The notes under the pieces are model-generated. The model saw only the letters and a list, made by a program, of their open reading frames with translations, had not been told where the DNA came from and made no database searches. From Eubacteriales bacterium (lineage in GTDB: Bacteria; Bacillota; Clostridia; Oscillospirales; CAG-272), in NCBI GenBank assembly GCA_045653255.1, contig JAZOLR010000170.1, positions 1 through 44,444 on the forward strand: a stretch of 44,444 bases of DNA. Direction: 5' to 3'. Shown piece by piece: positions 1-9,697 of this stretch. Numbering within the stretch: position 1 is the first letter of the stretch; the number at the start of each line of letters is the position of its first letter. Both the position numbers and the translations under genes were made by a program.

Positions 1-2
1 TA

Positions 3-773
3 GACGCGCTCGTTGTCGCAGGTACGTCAGGCGGAGGCTCTGGGCTTACCGACGAAGAGCACCGCGTGGTCATTCGTTATTCGGTTGAGCGCGGCGCAGG
101 CAGAGTCCCGATAATCGGAGGCACAGGCTCAAACCATACCGACTACGCAATTCAGTTGACAAAATGCGCGTGCGAGGTGGGCGCAGATGCCGCACTCGTC
201 GTAACGCCTTACTATAACAAAGCAACGCAAAAAGGTCTTATCAAAATGTACGAGCAGATAGCGGACGCAAGTACGATACCGCTTATACTCTACAACGTGC
301 CCTCTCGCACAGGTGTAAATATAGAGCCCGCGACCTTTGCCGCACTCGCAGACCACCCTATGATAGCGGCAATAAAGGAAGCAAACGGCGACTTCTCCAA
401 GATGGCGGAAACAATGTCGCTTGTAGGTGACAAACTCGACCTTTATTCAGGTAACGACGACCAGATAATTCCCGCAATGGCTCTCGGCGGTAAGGGGGTT
501 ATCTCGGTGCTTTCAAATCTTCTTCCCCGCGAGACGAGCAATATGTGTAAATTCTACCTTGCGGGCAGAGAAAAGGAAGCGACCGCTCTCCAACTCAAGT
601 ATATACCTCTTATAAAGGCTCTCTTCTCCGAAGTCAACCCCATTCCTGCGAAAGCGGCAATGGCGGCAATGGGCTGGTGCGAAGACTATCTCCGTATGCC
701 TCTTACTTCTATGGAAGACGACCACAAAGCAGTACTTTTGCAAAGAATGAAAGAAGTCGGAATAAAAATCTGA
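3..773 (+). CDS. dapA: 4-hydroxy-tetrahydrodipicolinate synthase, 5' end outside window
   Basis: Frame 3 is open from the window edge (DALVVAGTSG...). YNVPSRTG and IAAIKEANGD (Schiff-base Lys region) are typical DapA motifs. dapB and lysA follow immediately. Confidence 0.9.
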   Translation, partial: DALVVAGTSGGGSGLTDEEHRVVIRYSVERGAGRVPIIGGTGSNHTDYAIQLTKCACEVGADAALVVTPYYNKATQKGLIKMYEQIADASTIPLILYNVPSRTGVNIEPATFAALADHPMIAAIKEANGDFSKMAETMSLVGDKLDLYSGNDDQIIPAMALGGKGVISVLSNLLPRETSNMCKFYLAGREKEATALQLKYIPLIKALFSEVNPIPAKAAMAAMGWCEDYLRMPLTSMEDDHKAVLLQRMKEVGIKI

Positions 774-792
774 CAAAAAGGATAAAAAATAA

Positions 793-1536
793 ATGAAAAT
801 CATAGTAAACGGCGCGCTCGGCAGAATGGGTGCGGAAATCTGCAAACTTGCAGAAACGTCGGAAAACGTCGAAATAGTAGCGAAAGTGGATATTAACGCG
901 AAAACAAACGAGAAAGAAAATATGTTCTCCTCGCTTTCAGAAGTAACCTCTGCCGCAGATTGCATTATCGACTTTTCTCACCACTCGGCGACGAATGCTC
1001 TTGTTTCTTACGCCGTATCAAAAGAAATTCCCGTGGTAGTCGCAACGACAGGACACGTAAAAGAAGAATTAGCAGAAATTGACGCCGCGGCGAAAAAAAT
1101 CCCCGTATTCCATAGCGGAAATATGTCGGTCGGTATCGCTCTTTTGGTCAAACTTGCGAAAACTGCGGCTCTTGCATTTCCGCAGGCAGATATTGAGATT
1201 ATAGAAAAACACCACAACCGCAAACTTGACGTGCCGAGCGGCACGGCTCTTATGCTCGGATGCGCGGTAAAAGAAGTCCGAAAGGACGCGGAGTTGCTTG
1301 TCGGCAGACACGAAAACGGCAAACGCCAAAACAGCGAGATAGGTATACATTCTATCCGTATGGGCAATATTGTCGGCGAACACGAAGTCATTATCGGCAC
1401 AGACACACAGACAATAACCCTAAAGCACGAGGCACACTCGCGTTCACTTTTCGCAGAGGGCGCGTTTGAGGCGGCGAAATATCTTGTAAAGCAAAATGCA
1501 GGACTTTACAATATGCAGACTATGCTCGGAGACTAA
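793..1536 (+). CDS. dapB: 4-hydroxy-tetrahydrodipicolinate reductase
   Basis: GALGRMG dinucleotide-binding N-terminus and the EKHHNRKLDVPSGTA signature. Sits in the dap operon. Confidence 0.9.
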   Translation: MKIIVNGALGRMGAEICKLAETSENVEIVAKVDINAKTNEKENMFSSLSEVTSAADCIIDFSHHSATNALVSYAVSKEIPVVVATTGHVKEELAEIDAAAKKIPVFHSGNMSVGIALLVKLAKTAALAFPQADIEIIEKHHNRKLDVPSGTALMLGCAVKEVRKDAELLVGRHENGKRQNSEIGIHSIRMGNIVGEHEVIIGTDTQTITLKHEAHSRSLFAEGAFEAAKYLVKQNAGLYNMQTMLGD

Positions 1537-1556
1537 CCGAGAAAAAGGACAAAGAA

Positions 1557-2852
1557 ATGATAAGTAACAACATTTCCGTAAACGAGTGCGGTCATCTCAC
1601 TTTCGCCTCTCGCGATACGGTAAAACTTGCAGAAAAATACGGCACTCCTCTCTATCTTATCGACGAAGAGCGCGTGCGTGAGCGTTGCCGCGAGTATATA
1701 GAGGCGATGAGAGAGGCGTTTGGCGGTGAATCTCATCCGCTTTTCGCAAGCAAGGCTCTTTCCTGCCGCCGTATTTATGAAATAATAAAAGAAGAAGGAA
1801 TGGGCACGGACATCGTTTCGTCGGGTGAACTTTACACGGCGCTCCGCGCAGGTTTCCCGATGCAGAAAGCCTACTTCCACGGCAACAACAAGACAGACGA
1901 AGACATCGCTTTCGCTATGGATAGCGGACTCGGCTATTTCGTCTGCGACAATATAGAAGAACTTACAGCACTAGACAGAGAGGCGAAAAAACGCAACATA
2001 AAGCAGAAAATACTTCTCCGTCTCACCCCGGGAATTGACCCGCACACACTTGAAAAAATCAATACGGGAAAGGTAGACTCCAAGTTCGGCGCGGCTATCG
2101 AGACGGGCGCGGCAGACGAGATAACACGCCTTTCACTCGGTTTTGAAAACATTGAACTTTGCGGTTTCCATTGCCATATAGGTTCGCAGATATTCGAGAG
2201 TGAGCCGTTTTGCGATGCGGCGAGAATAATGCTTTCTTTTATAAAGGATATGAAAGAAAAATACGCATACGAGGCAAAAGAACTCAACCTAGGCGGCGGT
2301 ATGGCGGTAAAGTATCTTCCCGAACACCCTGAAATCAGTTATAAGAAAAATATAAAAACAATAGGCAAACTCGTTGACGAACTCTGCGCGCAATACGGCA
2401 TAAAGAAGCCGAAAATCCTAATGGAGCCCGGCCGCAGCATTGTCGCAGATGCAGGTATGACACTTTACACCGTAGGCACACTCAAAGAGATAAAAGGTTT
2501 CAAAACCTACGTCTCCGTCGACGGTGGTATGGCGGACAACCCCCGTTACGCGCTCTACAATTCCCCCTATACCGTAATGCTTGCAAACAGAGCGACAGAA
2601 GAAAATGACTGCGTATGCACGGTCGCAGGAAGATGTTGCGAAAGCGGCGACCTCATTCAAGAAAACGTCGCTCTGCCCACCCCGAAAAGAAAAGACACCG
2701 TCGCAGTATTTACAACGGGCGCGTACAACTTTTCTATGGCGTCAAACTACAACCGTCTCCCCCGCCCCGCTCTCGTTATGCTCGGTAAAGATAGCGACTA
2801 TATAGCAGTAAAACGCGAGACCTTTGAAGATTTGATAAGAAACGATTTGTGA
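1557..2852 (+). CDS. lysA: diaminopimelate decarboxylase
   Basis: Orn/DAP/Arg decarboxylase motifs FASKAL (PLP Lys), GGGMAV and CESGD. Length is 431 aa. Follows dapA-dapB. Confidence 0.9.
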   Translation: MISNNISVNECGHLTFASRDTVKLAEKYGTPLYLIDEERVRERCREYIEAMREAFGGESHPLFASKALSCRRIYEIIKEEGMGTDIVSSGELYTALRAGFPMQKAYFHGNNKTDEDIAFAMDSGLGYFVCDNIEELTALDREAKKRNIKQKILLRLTPGIDPHTLEKINTGKVDSKFGAAIETGAADEITRLSLGFENIELCGFHCHIGSQIFESEPFCDAARIMLSFIKDMKEKYAYEAKELNLGGGMAVKYLPEHPEISYKKNIKTIGKLVDELCAQYGIKKPKILMEPGRSIVADAGMTLYTVGTLKEIKGFKTYVSVDGGMADNPRYALYNSPYTVMLANRATEENDCVCTVAGRCCESGDLIQENVALPTPKRKDTVAVFTTGAYNFSMASNYNRLPRPALVMLGKDSDYIAVKRETFEDLIRNDL

Positions 2853-2869
2853 TATATGAGTAATTATAT

Positions 2870-2905
2870 GGGGAGAGGACTTTTTTCAAAAAAAGTCCTC
2901 TCCCC
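2870..2905 (+). terminator. Long perfect hairpin after lysA, followed by a second weaker hairpin with a T-run (about 2908-2955)
   Basis: GGGGAGAGGAC-(TTTTTTCAAAAAAA)-GTCCTCTCCCC is an 11-bp perfect stem. Downstream, CCCTC...GAGGGAGG is followed by TTTTTTTATTTTTT. The site lies between convergent genes. Confidence 0.6.
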
Positions 2906-3009
2906 ATTCCCCTCTTTCAAAAAACTTTTGAGGGAGGTTTTTTTATTTTTTGTTGTAAAAACAGACTATGTTAAAGAAAATTTAATTTATAAATAATAGG
3001 CTCTGTGCA

Positions 3010-3420
3010 CTAACGAAAATATAAATATTCCTTTATAAGTTGCGAATATCTGCCGAAGAACAACAAATCAGACAGAATAAGCACGGCACCGCCGACAAGC
3101 GAAACCAATATAGACAAAACAAGCGGCTTTTTCTCAATTGCTCTTTCATCGCGGAAAAGACCTGTTTTCTTGCCGAGGAAAATTCCAAGCGCGCCCAAAA
3201 CCAAGCCGTAGCCTGCAGATTGAAACGCCGCAACGAGACCCATAAAAATATTTACGGGGATAAATCCAAGCCCACTTGTGTTAATCTCGTCTACAAGTTG
3301 CGCTTGTATCTTTGCGGGATAACTATCCAAGAGATAAATTCCCGTAAAAAATCCGCCCAAAAGTCCAACTGCGGTAAAGAAAAGTAGCGTCTTCCAATAT
3401 GCTTTTATAAACTTTTCCAT
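3010..3420 (-). CDS. small multi-pass membrane protein, function unknown
   Basis: The 136-aa product has about four hydrophobic helices. It resembles only the N-terminal part of CPBP-type membrane proteins and lacks the catalytic motifs. Confidence 0.5.
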   Translation of the reverse strand: MEKFIKAYWKTLLFFTAVGLLGGFFTGIYLLDSYPAKIQAQLVDEINTSGLGFIPVNIFMGLVAAFQSAGYGLVLGALGIFLGKKTGLFRDERAIEKKPLVLSILVSLVGGAVLILSDLLFFGRYSQLIKEYLYFR

Positions 3421-3429
3421 AATACCTAA

Positions 3430-3981
3430 TTACCTCTCTTTATATAAATAACAATCTCTATCGTGTGAGTATATCACGCCAATCGCCTGCAAGTAGGAAT
3501 AAATGATAACCGAGCCGACGAAGGTCATCCCCCTCTTTTGCAAGTCTTTTGAAATTTCGTCAGAGAGTGTATTTCTCGTTTTGTCCGTCTCGTATAAAGT
3601 TTCGCCCTTTGTGAAACCCGTCAGATAGTTATAAAAAGAGCCGTATTCTTCGCAAATTTCCTTGAAAATTCTACTGTTTTTGATACTCGCTATTATCTTT
3701 CTCTTGTTTCTTATAACGCCGACGTCGTTTACAAGTTCGTTTATTTTGTCTTCGCCGTAAGATGAAACGCGCTCTATATCAAATCCGTCGTAAGAGCGTC
3801 TCATACTTTCTCTTTTATTGAGCACACATTCCCACGAAAGCCCTGCTTGAAAGGATTCTAAAATCAACATTTCATACAGATATTGGTCGCTGAAATTTTC
3901 AACGCACCATTCGTTATCGTGATATTCAACGTAAAGTTCATTTTTCGTGTTGCACCATCTGCACCGTTTCTTTTCGTTCAT
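3430..3981 (-). CDS. tag: DNA-3-methyladenine glycosylase I
   Basis: CRWC...YHDNEWC and FQAGLSW motifs of the Tag family. Length is 183 aa. Confidence 0.85.
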   Translation of the reverse strand: MNEKKRCRWCNTKNELYVEYHDNEWCVENFSDQYLYEMLILESFQAGLSWECVLNKRESMRRSYDGFDIERVSSYGEDKINELVNDVGVIRNKRKIIASIKNSRIFKEICEEYGSFYNYLTGFTKGETLYETDKTRNTLSDEISKDLQKRGMTFVGSVIIYSYLQAIGVIYSHDRDCYLYKER

Positions 3982-4060
3982 TTTTCACCCTATTTTGCAT
4001 TATCCGTTTTATTCTGTGAAGCGAGATACATTTCACGGCCGTCCACTATCCGCTAACCAA

Positions 4061-4098
4061 AAATCCGCCGTGCAAATATTTGTTTACACGGCGGATTT
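4061..4098 (-). terminator. intrinsic terminator of the lipoprotein-rnhA-lipoprotein operon
   Basis: AAATCCGCCGTG / CACGGCGGATTT is a 12-bp stem. On the minus strand it is followed by TTTTTGG, directly after the stop at 4101. Confidence 0.75.
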
Positions 4099-4100
4099 GA

Positions 4101-5630
4101 TTATTCTTCGGTTGTTTCTACAACTTTTTCAACTATTGTGATGTTGTCTGCAAGGAATTCGAATACTTTGTTGTAAAGTGCTTCTTCTGCGAGTGCCTCT
4201 TCACCGAATTCAGCGATTATCTCGTCTGCGGTGATTGTATAGCCGTACTGCTGAGAGTAGTTATATGCATAGTACTCTGCAAGAGCCTTTACCTGCTCTG
4301 CCTTTTCGTCTTTAGAAAGGGAAATCTTTTCCTTGTCCATAATATGATTGATTATCATATTGTAACGAACTTCGCTTTCTGCGGTTTCTTTGAGCCAGTC
4401 TTCGTATACTGTGCCTTCAGCAAGTCCGAAGAAGTCGGGAGCGAATTCCTCTTCTGTTGCATAGGGGAAGTCGGAATACTGTGAAGAATATGCCTCAAAG
4501 TAGTATGTGAGTGATTCTTCGTAGTAGTCGGTTACTTCTTTCAATGCCGCTTCGGGATATTCCTTAACTTCAACTTTTTTCATCAAGTTGTCGATGTGCT
4601 TATTGAGTGCGTTATTCTTGTTTGTACTCGCTCTTGTTTCAATGAGAGAATCCTTTACGTACTGACGGAACTCTGCCATAAATGCGTCGCCTGTAGCACC
4701 CGTCTCGCTCTCATAACCCATAGTGGACTTAACGAGTTCTTCGGTAAGTTCGGGGATAACGGGGCGGTCAATGCTCTGTACTACAACGTAGAATACTGCG
4801 GTAACGCCGGAAAGTTCTTCATTGTTCTTGTAAGGATCGGGGAAAGTAGCCTCAACTGCTACTGCTTCTTCAATAGAAGCGAAGGAAACCTTCATATCGT
4901 AGGTAACGCTTTCCTTTGTGCCGTCCTTGTCAATATCTGCGTCTGCGGTGAACGTGAACGCAGTACCAACCGTCTTTCCAACTATGTTAGCAACGAACGC
5001 TTCGTCGTAAGATACGGGAGAAGCGAGGTCAATTCTTTCTGCGGTGGTAACAGAACCGGTCTTTTCTGCGCCGTCAGCGGCGGTGTACTTATAGGTGTAG
5101 GTTACGTATACTACGTAATCTGCCTTTACTGCGCCCGACGTAATCTTCGTGAAAGAAGTGGTGTTGGGCACTACGCCGATAAGGTTTTCTTCAAATCCGG
5201 GGATAAACTGACCTGAACCGATTGTAAGTTTGTCAGGGGTAGATGCGGTCATATTTGAACTGTTTTCAAAATCAACACCGTCAATTGTTCCGCGGTAATA
5301 AATGTTTACCGTGTCGCCCTCTTCAACTGCAACGTCTGTCTTTGATTCGGACGTCGCACTTGCTTCGCAAAGATATGCAAGGAAGTCTTCTACGTCTTCG
5401 TCGTCGATTTCGGGCTCAACTTCAACTTCAACGGTTACGCCCTTGTAGTCGCTTGCTGCAAGAGTGATGTACTTGTCTGTGTCAAGACCTGCATAGTCAA
5501 ATGCCTGCGCTGCGTTGTTTCCTTCTTCTTTGCCCTCGTCCGTTGTGGTATCCTTATCGCCGCACGCTGTCATAGCGAGCATAGAAAATACCATAACGAG
5601 AGCCAAAGCAAGACACAAAAATTTCTTCAT
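4101..5630 (-). CDS. lipoprotein with trigger-factor-like FKBP PPIase and C-terminal chaperone domains (paralog 1)
   Basis: Signal peptide plus lipobox (LAMTAC). GDTVNIYYRGTIDGVDF...FIPGFEENLIG and ATFPDPY...AVFYVVVQSI...PELTEE align to the trigger factor PPIase domain. The ribosome-binding N-domain is absent. Confidence 0.6.
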   Translation of the reverse strand: MKKFLCLALALVMVFSMLAMTACGDKDTTTDEGKEEGNNAAQAFDYAGLDTDKYITLAASDYKGVTVEVEVEPEIDDEDVEDFLAYLCEASATSESKTDVAVEEGDTVNIYYRGTIDGVDFENSSNMTASTPDKLTIGSGQFIPGFEENLIGVVPNTTSFTKITSGAVKADYVVYVTYTYKYTAADGAEKTGSVTTAERIDLASPVSYDEAFVANIVGKTVGTAFTFTADADIDKDGTKESVTYDMKVSFASIEEAVAVEATFPDPYKNNEELSGVTAVFYVVVQSIDRPVIPELTEELVKSTMGYESETGATGDAFMAEFRQYVKDSLIETRASTNKNNALNKHIDNLMKKVEVKEYPEAALKEVTDYYEESLTYYFEAYSSQYSDFPYATEEEFAPDFFGLAEGTVYEDWLKETAESEVRYNMIINHIMDKEKISLSKDEKAEQVKALAEYYAYNYSQQYGYTITADEIIAEFGEEALAEEALYNKVFEFLADNITIVEKVVETTEE

Positions 5631-5645
5631 TTTTTCTCTCCTTTT

Positions 5646-6086
5646 TTACTTTTTCTGCGCGTCGGCGGCAGCGGTCGCAAGCGTGTCGCAACGCTCGTTA
5701 AATTCGTGACCGTTGTGCCCCTTCACCCACTCAAAAGTAACTCTGTGTTTTTTTATAAGTTCGAGTAACTCACCCCACAAATCAGGGTTTTTCGCTTCCT
5801 CGTTTTTACCTTTTTTCCAGTTGTTCATCTTCCACTTCTCTGCCCAGCCGAGATTTATCGCATCGACCAGATACTTCGAATCGGAATATAAAAGCACTTC
5901 ACACGGTTCAGTGAGAGCACGAAGTCCCATAATAGCCGCGGTAAGTTCCATTCTGTTGTTTGTCGTCTCGGGCTCACCGCCAAAGAGTTCCTTTTGCGCT
6001 TTGCCGTAAGTGAGAATTGCCGCCCAGCCGCCCGGACCGGGGTTATTACGGCAAGCGCCGTCGGTATATATAGTTACCTGTTTCAT
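5646..6086 (-). CDS. rnhA: ribonuclease HI
   Basis: [28 protein letters not shown] and the C-terminal [11 protein letters not shown] are the RNase H1 catalytic DEDD context. Length is 146 aa. Confidence 0.9.
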   Translation of the reverse strand: MKQVTIYTDGACRNNPGPGGWAAILTYGKAQKELFGGEPETTNNRMELTAAIMGLRALTEPCEVLLYSDSKYLVDAINLGWAEKWKMNNWKKGKNEEAKNPDLWGELLELIKKHRVTFEWVKGHNGHEFNERCDTLATAAADAQKK

Positions 6087-6128
6087 ATTCTATCTTCGAC
6101 TTTCGTCTTTTTTCAAATATGAGAAATC

Positions 6129-7700
6129 TTACTCTGCGTCCGCCTCAACTTCGTTAACGGAAGTGGTCCACTTAACGAGGGTTTCTGCATCGTAGTTTTC
6201 GTAGATTTTATCTACCATCTTCTCTTTTACAACAGTTTCGTAAAGGAAAGTATCAGTCATATTTGCAACTACTGCCTGAGCGTTGTTTGCCGCAAGAGCA
6301 GCAACCTGCTCCGTGGTATAACCCCAACCGAGAATGGAGTTGTATGCAGTGTAAAGTTGTGCGTAGTAGTCAATATAAGCGGAAAGAAGTTCTTCTTTTA
6401 CTTCTTTCTTTTCCTGTGAGGTTGCAGAGTTTACGTCAAGTGCCTTTGCAACCGTGTAGAATACGAGTTTTCTCTTTACGAAGTCTTTTGCATCTGAGAG
6501 AAGAGTCGCTTCCCAATCTTCTGTGCCGTAGATGTATGCGGCATAGTCTTCGAGGGTCTTGTAGGTAGCCTGAATGGAGTCTTTGTCTTCGCTCATATTG
6601 TACTCATATTCGAGGTTGTTCTTTTCGGTCTTGATGTAAGACTCGATTGTGCCTTCGGGATATACAACGTCATATTCGCCGCCTGAAATTTCTGCCCAGA
6701 TAGCATTCTTTATTGTTGCGGCGTAGTTTTCACCGTAGCCCTCTTCGCCCTCTTTGCCCATAAGACCGTCGATGTATTCTTTAACAAGGTCTGCTTCAAC
6801 GCCTGCCTTGATAGAAGCCGCAGCGTCTTCGCCTGCTTCATAACCGAATGCTTCCGCAGTTGCCGCATCGGGAGTGATAACGTCAAGGATTACAACGTAG
6901 AAGAATGCTTCCTTACCTGCAAGGGTGCTATCGGAATAGTCGGAGGGGAAAGTAACCGTAATCTTTTCGGGAGTGCAGTCAATCTTTGAAAGAACTTTTG
7001 CTTCAAACTTTACTGTTTCTTCTGTCTTGTCGCCGTCTGCGTCGATAGAAAGTTCAAAAGAGATTTCCTCGCCTACTGTCTTTCCTACTATCTTTTCGAT
7101 GATAGAGAAAGGAAGAATGTCAGTCTCGTCAAGTTTTACTGCGAGGTTTTCGTAAGAAAGGTAGGTCTTTGCATCGCCGTACATACCTGCAATTTCAAGA
7201 ACGATGAAGTCTGTCTCTGCAACAGTACCCTCTTTTACGAAAGTAACGGAAGTGTCTGCAGAGTTCTTGCCGATAAGTGCGTCTTCAAAGCCTTCGATGA
7301 ACATATCAGAACCGATGTAAAGCCATGTAGCCTCTTCTTCACCGAAGTTAGTGCCGCCTTCAAATCCTGTTTCCTTGCCGTTTGCATCTGCTACAACACC
7401 TCTGTAGTAGATGTGAGCGATGTCGTTTTCTGCAATAACTTTGTCGCTCTTTGCGATAGATGCGATTTTTTCATCGTCCATCTCTGCGAGTTTCTCTGTG
7501 ATTGTGTAGTATACGTCGCCTGCGGTGATGCCTGTCGCAATCTCAACGGGGATATTCATATAATCCGCTTCCGTCAAGGTGATGTAGCCCGACAAGTCTT
7601 TCTTTGCGTAGTCGAAGCCCTTGTTGCCGCAAGATGCGAGCGTGAATACGCTGAGAAGCATAATTGCCGCGATAACTAAACTCAATACTCTGGTTTTCAT
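6129..7700 (-). CDS. lipoprotein with trigger-factor-like FKBP PPIase and C-terminal chaperone domains (paralog 2)
   Basis: Start moved to the ATG at 7700 (MKTRVLSLVIAAIMLLSVFTLASC lipobox), which is preceded by GAGGAAAAAACA. FIEGFEDALIG and VTFPSDY...AFFYVVILDV are present. The architecture, including the insertion, matches 4101..5630. Confidence 0.6.
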   Translation of the reverse strand: MKTRVLSLVIAAIMLLSVFTLASCGNKGFDYAKKDLSGYITLTEADYMNIPVEIATGITAGDVYYTITEKLAEMDDEKIASIAKSDKVIAENDIAHIYYRGVVADANGKETGFEGGTNFGEEEATWLYIGSDMFIEGFEDALIGKNSADTSVTFVKEGTVAETDFIVLEIAGMYGDAKTYLSYENLAVKLDETDILPFSIIEKIVGKTVGEEISFELSIDADGDKTEETVKFEAKVLSKIDCTPEKITVTFPSDYSDSTLAGKEAFFYVVILDVITPDAATAEAFGYEAGEDAAASIKAGVEADLVKEYIDGLMGKEGEEGYGENYAATIKNAIWAEISGGEYDVVYPEGTIESYIKTEKNNLEYEYNMSEDKDSIQATYKTLEDYAAYIYGTEDWEATLLSDAKDFVKRKLVFYTVAKALDVNSATSQEKKEVKEELLSAYIDYYAQLYTAYNSILGWGYTTEQVAALAANNAQAVVANMTDTFLYETVVKEKMVDKIYENYDAETLVKWTTSVNEVEADAE

Positions 7701-7768
7701 TGTTTTTTCCTCTGTTTTTTTATTTTTGTAAATGCCTTTTTGCATCTTTTCAATACAACTGACATTCT

Positions 7769-7797
7769 ATTATATCATCAATTCAAACAAATTGCAA
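7769..7797 (-). promoter_or_regulatory. sigma-A type promoter for the lipoprotein-rnhA-lipoprotein operon
   Basis: The minus strand reads TTGCAA-17 nt-TATAAT with TGa immediately upstream of the -10 (extended -10). Confidence 0.55.
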
Positions 7798-7834
7798 GTT
7801 TTTTACATTTTTTACAATATATTTAAAATTGACG

Positions 7835-9685
7835 TCAATAATCTCCGTAAATTTTATCGTAGTCGGGTTTTCCGCCATTCAACACCGTTTGAACGTCGCT
7901 ATAGAATTTCTCTACCTTTGACGAAGGGATATAGAAATATGCGCCACCGTCAAGCGATACGAGCACTCGTCTTGGCGAGTAGGGGTAGAATGAGAAAGTG
8001 TGCAAATCGCCGTCACGGAGTTTCACAGTAATAGTAAGCACTCTGCGCGAGTTGTCCGCAAGTATGCTTTCAACACTTTCTTCTCCCGAATAGTCGTCTT
8101 CGTAATAGGTAGAAAGCACTCCAACGTACAAATTCTTGAACGCGTTGACGTCAACTGCCTTGCCGTTGAGTTTTACACCCGTCACGGAAGTGTTATTATT
8201 CTGCGTTGCGGTCGTAAGTTCAAAGAGATACTCACCCTTTGCATCTGCATAGTTGAAGTTGAACGTCATACTCTCGATATTCTGTATATTTACCGCCATC
8301 ATAGTGGTATTTACCCAATCGGTAAACGGCTTTTCAACGAATGCAAAGTCACTCGCGCTTACTTTCGCCACTATTTCGAAAAGCAAACTCGCAACGTAGT
8401 ACGTGCCGTCCTCTTGCTTTTCACTTATATAGAGGTAGTTGGGGATAGAGTTTGTCACTTGAATATCGTCGGAATTTGCAGACGTTTTTATGGTGTAGGG
8501 GGCTTCATAGTAAATAATGTACTTATCAAGTCCGTACTTTTCCATCGTCTCGTTTGAAAGTCCGAGTTCGACCGTTTCAAGACCTATATATTCGGAAAAC
8601 GACTCGAGTATCGTCATATACGCAGACGAGTTGGGGATATATCCCGCCCTCTCGCGAGGTGCGGTTATCGCGTATACGTCTGTCGAATTGAACATCGGTC
8701 GCTCTGACGCATTCAAGAAATCAAGGCGGATTTCCATGTGGTTTACCGCGTCAATTTTCTCGACGAAGAACTTGACGGTCTTACCTGCCAAATCCTTGTT
8801 TTCGTAGTCTTTTTCGTAGGTTACTTCAAATTCAAATCCGCCGTCGCCGACCTTCTTACCGCGGAAAGCAAGTTGTATCGCTCTCTTGTTGTAGTTGAGG
8901 TCGAAAGTGGACTGTACCTTGTCACCCTTTACGCCGTCTATTTCGGTGTAGTAGGTAGCGATAACGCTATCGTCGTCGCGGATAATATCGCCGACTTCTT
9001 CACTGCGTGACCACAAAGTGAAGTCCTGCGTGTAGTAGTAACCGTAGGTTGTAAATGTTGAGGTAAGTGTCGGTTTTACGTAATCTGCAGGGGTGGAATA
9101 CGCACATTCGCCGACGTTTTGCGCTTGGCTAACGTATACCGCTTCTCTGCCTTCAAGACGGAGATAGTAGCATCCGTCGGTAACTGTCGCATCACCTACC
9201 AAAAGTCTGTAGGTGTTACCCTCAAACGAGGTGACTTCGATAACTGCCGGGTTATCTGCGTCGGAAAGACCGTACTCCGCGTAGATTTCTTCGGTTATAT
9301 CCGCATCGAAAAGTTTCTCTCTTGCGTATACCGTACCCGCGGAAACGATAAGTGCGGAAATCTGCTCGTCATCGTAGTCGCATCTTGCGTATGCAAGACC
9401 GTCAATCTCAATAAGAAATCCCGATTTGTTATTTGTCGGGTCGTCGCGGATAAGTGTAAATTCCGCGTCCTCGTTTTTTATCTTTATGGAAACAATTTCT
9501 TCTCTGTCGAGTTTTTCATAGACAAGGCGTGTGTTGTAAAGCACGTCTTCGCCCTCGTCAACCGAAATGCCGGGCTCTTTCGGCTCTTCGCGGTTTACAA
9601 GCGGTACTACTACCGCGAAGTAAAGCACGGTAAGCACTGCAATAGCGATAAGAAACGCAATTATAATTCTCTTTTGCTTTTTCAT
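7835..9685 (-). CDS. DUF4340-like protein, last gene of the ABC-2/GldG operon
   Basis: Single N-terminal TM helix and a large extracytoplasmic region with repeated beta-rich modules (IKIKNEDAEFTLIRDD..., EYGLSD..PAVIEVTS..GNTYRLLVGD). Shows the usual association with GldG-like genes. RBS AAGGCGGTGA. Confidence 0.55.
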   Translation of the reverse strand: MKKQKRIIIAFLIAIAVLTVLYFAVVVPLVNREEPKEPGISVDEGEDVLYNTRLVYEKLDREEIVSIKIKNEDAEFTLIRDDPTNNKSGFLIEIDGLAYARCDYDDEQISALIVSAGTVYAREKLFDADITEEIYAEYGLSDADNPAVIEVTSFEGNTYRLLVGDATVTDGCYYLRLEGREAVYVSQAQNVGECAYSTPADYVKPTLTSTFTTYGYYYTQDFTLWSRSEEVGDIIRDDDSVIATYYTEIDGVKGDKVQSTFDLNYNKRAIQLAFRGKKVGDGGFEFEVTYEKDYENKDLAGKTVKFFVEKIDAVNHMEIRLDFLNASERPMFNSTDVYAITAPRERAGYIPNSSAYMTILESFSEYIGLETVELGLSNETMEKYGLDKYIIYYEAPYTIKTSANSDDIQVTNSIPNYLYISEKQEDGTYYVASLLFEIVAKVSASDFAFVEKPFTDWVNTTMMAVNIQNIESMTFNFNYADAKGEYLFELTTATQNNNTSVTGVKLNGKAVDVNAFKNLYVGVLSTYYEDDYSGEESVESILADNSRRVLTITVKLRDGDLHTFSFYPYSPRRVLVSLDGGAYFYIPSSKVEKFYSDVQTVLNGGKPDYDKIYGDY

Positions 9686-9697
9686 ACCGTCACCGCC

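Noticed and set aside
3010-3420. This gene might be a truncated CPBP-protease pseudogene.
   Set aside because: The resemblance is limited to hydrophobic N-terminal helices. No downstream frame carries the EExxxR or HxxxN motifs. The evidence is insufficient to call a pseudogene.
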